Assembly (NCBI GenBank): GCA_018400815.1 | Contig: JAGYLS010000063.1 | Location: forward strand, 1 to 10,563 | Direction of reading: 5' to 3' | Origin: Candidatus Oleincola secundus | GTDB lineage: Bacteria; Atribacterota; Phoenicimicrobiia; Phoenicimicrobiales; Stramentimicrobiaceae | Length of the DNA: 10,563 nt | Part shown: positions 7,305 to 10,563 of the stretch, piece by piece | How positions within the stretch are numbered: position 1 is the stretch's first letter | How the letters are laid out: each line of letters opens with the position of its first letter | The notes under the pieces: model-generated | What the model was told of the DNA's origin: nothing | The model's database searches: none | Seen by the model: only the letters and a program-made list of their open reading frames with translations | Translations under genes and position numbers: made by a program

Positions 7305-7656
7305 TTAATAGAACTTCTGGATCCAGCCGTTATAAAGGAATTCATTTAACACCGAGCATAGCATTTGGAGTGCTGGTTTACAATTCTTATCAAAAATATC
7401 TTTCATGTTTTCATCTGCAACTACTTCTATATGATTATCTTCTCTTGAAGAAATGTGTCTGCCTGCTAATTCAATTTCTTTATTCAAAATTAATACCTCT
7501 TTGCGGGTCCTTTATTCAATATCAAGAGGACAAACAATTCCCACTTTAATTTCTGAATGATTGATGATAAAGTACCTTTCTAAACTTTAGCTTATCAGTA
7601 TTTTTAATTAAATTTTCATTTTCCAAACTGATTCCCATGCCTTTGAAATTTTCCAT
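7305..7656 (-). pseudogene. Remnant of a nucleoside phosphorylase / MTA-SAH nucleosidase-like (PNP_UDP_1) gene
   Basis: ATG at 7656 after AAGGGA. After a frameshift it reads EIKVGIVCPLDIE*RTRKEVLILNKEIELAGRHISSREDNHIEVVA, like the MtnN start (KIGII.A...E), with TAA at 7512-7514. It then joins ADENMKDIF..., resembling the C-terminal SD.AD....F helix. Confidence 0.45.
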
Positions 7657-7715
7657 AAATTCCCTTTTCTTCTGTCTTTAAAGAAAAGTGGAATATTACT
7701 AAAAGTGATATCACC

Positions 7716-8682
7716 TTAATGGAAATAGACATGTGCGCCTTCACTGTAACCTAAAGGATTCCCCTGTTCGTTCCCCAGAAAAGTGTTTCCGGCAATCTGA
7801 TATTCTACATCTTCTGCAGGATCATCAAGTGCAACCGTTGGTATATTCTCCTACCAGTGCCCAGTCTGTAGGACGGCATCAGCAGGCAAAGTTCACTATC
7901 CCAATTTGCATATCCCGCCACCGTAGGCATTTGCCATGTTGTCAATAATATTGTTATTGATAATTGTTGGGGAGCTTTGAACTGCCCTAATCCCACCGCC
8001 AAGGCCTGTTGCCGTATTATTGGTAATGATATTATTTTCGATGGTGGGAGAGCTGCTACCTATATCAATAATACCCCCACCATAGACTGTATCACTTTTG
8101 GATTGTAAATCCTTTTAAGTTGAGGTATCCTCCAGCAAACCGAATAACAGAACCATTTCTCCACCATCAATAATCGTATCAGCTACGATATCAGAAATCT
8201 GAAGGATCGGTACTTTGCACGGTAATATCCTTACCATCGAATTCAATGTTTTCATCAGGTTCCCTTGACAAACGACAATGGTTTCTCCAGCCAAAGCAGC
8301 ATCGATAGCGGCCTGATCGTGAGAAGTCAATTCCAGTATCAATGCTATTACACCTGCTCAAAACAAAGGTAGCATGAATCTGTATAGTCTTGCTGATACT
8401 TACAAGAGGGAGCAGGGAGCCAACCGACCCTACTGATATACCGTCTACCAGGACATCATCAACTTGGTAGCAGTCTTCCGGAGTAATCGTGAAGGCTCAC
8501 CCTTTCTCCTTTATTGACCATAATTGCTCCCTGAAGGGACTGATACTGCCTCCCTGTTCCGGCAGTCGCGTTGATTTGTATGGGTATCAGGAGTAATCCC
8601 ATCACAGCTAACAAGAAAACTACAATAATCATTAAGCAAATATTAGTAGTAAATACTTTTGCTTTTTAATAATTTTTTTCAT
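7716..8682 (-). pseudogene. Frameshifted lipoprotein with a divergent InlB B-repeat domain and right-handed parallel beta-helix repeats
   Basis: SD AGAGGT precedes ATG 8682. Fragments in changing frames: MKKIIKKQKYLLLI/LMIIVVFL/SCDGITP (lipobox-like), NATAGT/GSISP/AIMVNKGE/FTITPEDCYQVDDVLVDGISVGSV/IHATF (B-repeat), QAAIDAALAGETIVVCQG/ENIEFDGKDITVQSTDP/TIIDGG/LKGFTI, and GGGI..SSPTIENNIITNNTATGLGGGIRAVQSSPTIINNNIIDN (beta-helix). It ends GNTFLGNEQGNPLGYSEGAHVYFH* at 7716. Confidence 0.8.
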
Positions 8683-8912
8683 TTTAAAATACCTCTTTTT
8701 CTTTTATAAAACTATCATTAGAGAGTAATGGGAGATAAAAACTGCCCAAAATCCCCTGACAAATTTAAAAAATGATCAAAAACAACAATTGCTCAGTAAA
8801 CATTCTCGGATCTTTCCACTTCTTTTTTCCCCACTAACTTCTTTTAAAATGCCAATTTTAATAAATTTTTCAAGAAAATCAATACCATCCATTGTTTTTT
8901 GTATTTTAAAAA

Positions 8913-10562
8913 TTAACTCATATCCTGGATTGAAGGACTTCCCAGGATATAATTTTCCTGAAATAGGCGGTTGGTTTTATCTAATTTTTTAGATATTTTT
9001 TCCAGAAATACAAATAAGCATTTATTGCCAAGATTGGGGTCTTCCTTAATTAAAAGTTTAAGGTTTTTCTGCTCTATAGTGAGCAGTTCGATAAATTCAC
9101 TGGCTACAGCATTTACCTGATGCCTTTCATTGACAATAGCTGTCTCTCCTAAAAACTCTCCTGTGCAAATATCCGCCAGGATAATCTCATCATTTTTTTC
9201 ATTATATTTAACAATACGCAGACATCCTCTGATTATAATATAGAAAGAAGAATCCTCATCACCTTCTTTAAAGATAATTTCATCCTCCTGGTATGCTTTC
9301 ACTGCAGATATACGAACAATTTTTTCTAATTCCTCTTCCGTGAAATTTTTAAACTCTATCATTTTTTTTAATATTGCTTTTTTATCTTCCAAGCTGATTT
9401 TTTCATAATGTTCTTTATCAACTCTTATATCAACTTTAAATAGATTTTTTTCTTCCATTATTCTTCTTATCTCTTTTTTGTTATTCAAGGTAAAATCTAT
9501 TAATTTCTCCCAATCCTTCTGTATTTTTCTGTAAGCGGTAAAGGGGTCTTTCTTGGGAATAGCTTCATACATACTTAAATATATATTTTTGATGGATTCC
9601 TTGCTGGCTTCTACTTCATTATTTGCCAAAGATTCCATTGCCAGCAACAAATTAGTTTTAAAGATTTTATTTTCGAGGTCATCGGTTAAAAATTCTCCGG
9701 GATATGGGAAAAAATCTTTTGCTGATACTGTCCGCATGTTACTTACTTCATATTGGGAATCAATTTTAGATTTTTCGTAAATAAACCTATAGATATCCTC
9801 TCTGGTTCTTTGCCATACAGGATGGGTCTTTTGAGGAGGTAAATGTTTTATGCTTAATTTATTATCCAAAAAGAAATTAAAACCGAACATTTTGGCATTA
9901 ATGAGATAATCAATATCTTCCCCCCTGGTAATATTGGGATCAAAAGGGACTATCTGATATAAATTTTTATGAATGACCATGGCACCGCCAAAAACAAAGG
10001 GAGTTTGCTTAAGCCGTGGTTCACAGCCAATTATCTTATCAAAAGCTTTTGATTTACTCCCAAACCGATTCCAATAAGTCATCCAGGGCTCCATACTGAC
10101 ATCATCATAATAATTTCCAAATTTATTCAAATAATAACCGGCTACCCCGTATACAGTTTCACCATATACTCTCTTTCCGATAAATTCCCGGGCTATATCC
10201 ATAAAATCAGGATTTTCAATCACTTCATCATCATCAATTAATACTGTAATATCCGAATTAAGTAAATGAGAGGCAAATGTACACATATTCCTTACATTAG
10301 CATAACCTCGTAAGCTTAACAATGAAAGCGCATTTTCTTCTAATTGAGAATTTCTGGCATATCTCTTGATCTTCTTTAAAGTATTTTGAGTAAACAAATA
10401 GGTTTCTGCATCTAACTTTACCCCTTTAATTATCTCTTTGGCTTTTTCTTCTGCTTCATCTTCTATTTCCATATTTGTTGGGCAGATCAATACCACTAAT
10501 TTAAAATCCTTCTTTTTTAAAATCTTCATACTTTCCAGAGTCCGACCCAGGGTTCCTTCTTC
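8913..10562 (-). CDS. GT-A/GT2-like glycosyltransferase-domain protein fused to a C-terminal cyclic-nucleotide-binding domain (5' partial)
   Basis: The frame stays open past the tracked ATG 10529 to the window edge (EEGTLGRTLES-MKIL). GT-A signs: GYANVRN, acidic LIDDDE, FGGAMVI, RGEDIDY. CNBD signs: IIFKEGDEDSSFYIIIRGCLRIVK...GEFLGETAIV. Confidence 0.8.
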   Translation of the reverse strand, partial: EEGTLGRTLESMKILKKKDFKLVVLICPTNMEIEDEAEEKAKEIIKGVKLDAETYLFTQNTLKKIKRYARNSQLEENALSLLSLRGYANVRNMCTFASHLLNSDITVLIDDDEVIENPDFMDIAREFIGKRVYGETVYGVAGYYLNKFGNYYDDVSMEPWMTYWNRFGSKSKAFDKIIGCEPRLKQTPFVFGGAMVIHKNLYQIVPFDPNITRGEDIDYLINAKMFGFNFFLDNKLSIKHLPPQKTHPVWQRTREDIYRFIYEKSKIDSQYEVSNMRTVSAKDFFPYPGEFLTDDLENKIFKTNLLLAMESLANNEVEASKESIKNIYLSMYEAIPKKDPFTAYRKIQKDWEKLIDFTLNNKKEIRRIMEEKNLFKVDIRVDKEHYEKISLEDKKAILKKMIEFKNFTEEELEKIVRISAVKAYQEDEIIFKEGDEDSSFYIIIRGCLRIVKYNEKNDEIILADICTGEFLGETAIVNERHQVNAVASEFIELLTIEQKNLKLLIKEDPNLGNKCLFVFLEKISKKLDKTNRLFQENYILGSPSIQDMS

Positions 10563-10563
10563 A

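Noticed and set aside
6250..7549. ORFs 6250..6474, 6611..6829, 7107..7349 and 7292..7549
   Set aside because: They are antisense to or overlap better-supported genes and remnants, and have no recognisable motifs.
5672..8682. Lnt-like enzyme and neighbouring lipoprotein as a dedicated enzyme-substrate pair
   Set aside because: The genes are convergent and separated by an unrelated remnant; adjacency alone is not evidence.
7733..9780. ORFs 7733..7948, 7805..8002, 8115..8342, 8789..8992 and 9553..9780 as independent genes
   Set aside because: They are off-frame or partial pieces of the frameshifted lipoprotein, or antisense to it or to the GT-CNBD gene.

Overview
AT-rich bacterial accessory region lying upstream of a tRNA-Ala(CGC) gene. 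Minus strand, left to right: tRNA-Ala; a secreted alpha/beta hydrolase; a broken nitroreductase (amber at the conserved Gln, 3' end replaced by a MazE-like remnant); a DUF488/YeaO protein; a class I SAM methyltransferase; and a MalY/PatB PLP C-S lyase with a heavily frameshifted 5' part. A divergent Lnt-like nitrilase-fold membrane protein on the + strand has a -10 box inside a perfect 24-bp palindrome. Further right on the minus strand are an internally deleted nucleosidase-like remnant, a frameshifted InlB-B-repeat/beta-helix lipoprotein, and a GT-A-type protein fused to a cyclic-nucleotide-binding domain that runs off the window edge. The main unexplained structure is a ~32-bp motif (TGTGAATTTGTGAAGCC(T/A)GA plus a pyrimidine tract) found three times, same orientation, only between genes. 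Two patches of very dense 1-bp indels may be sequencing error rather than decay. All family calls come from motif recognition by eye; no searches were run.
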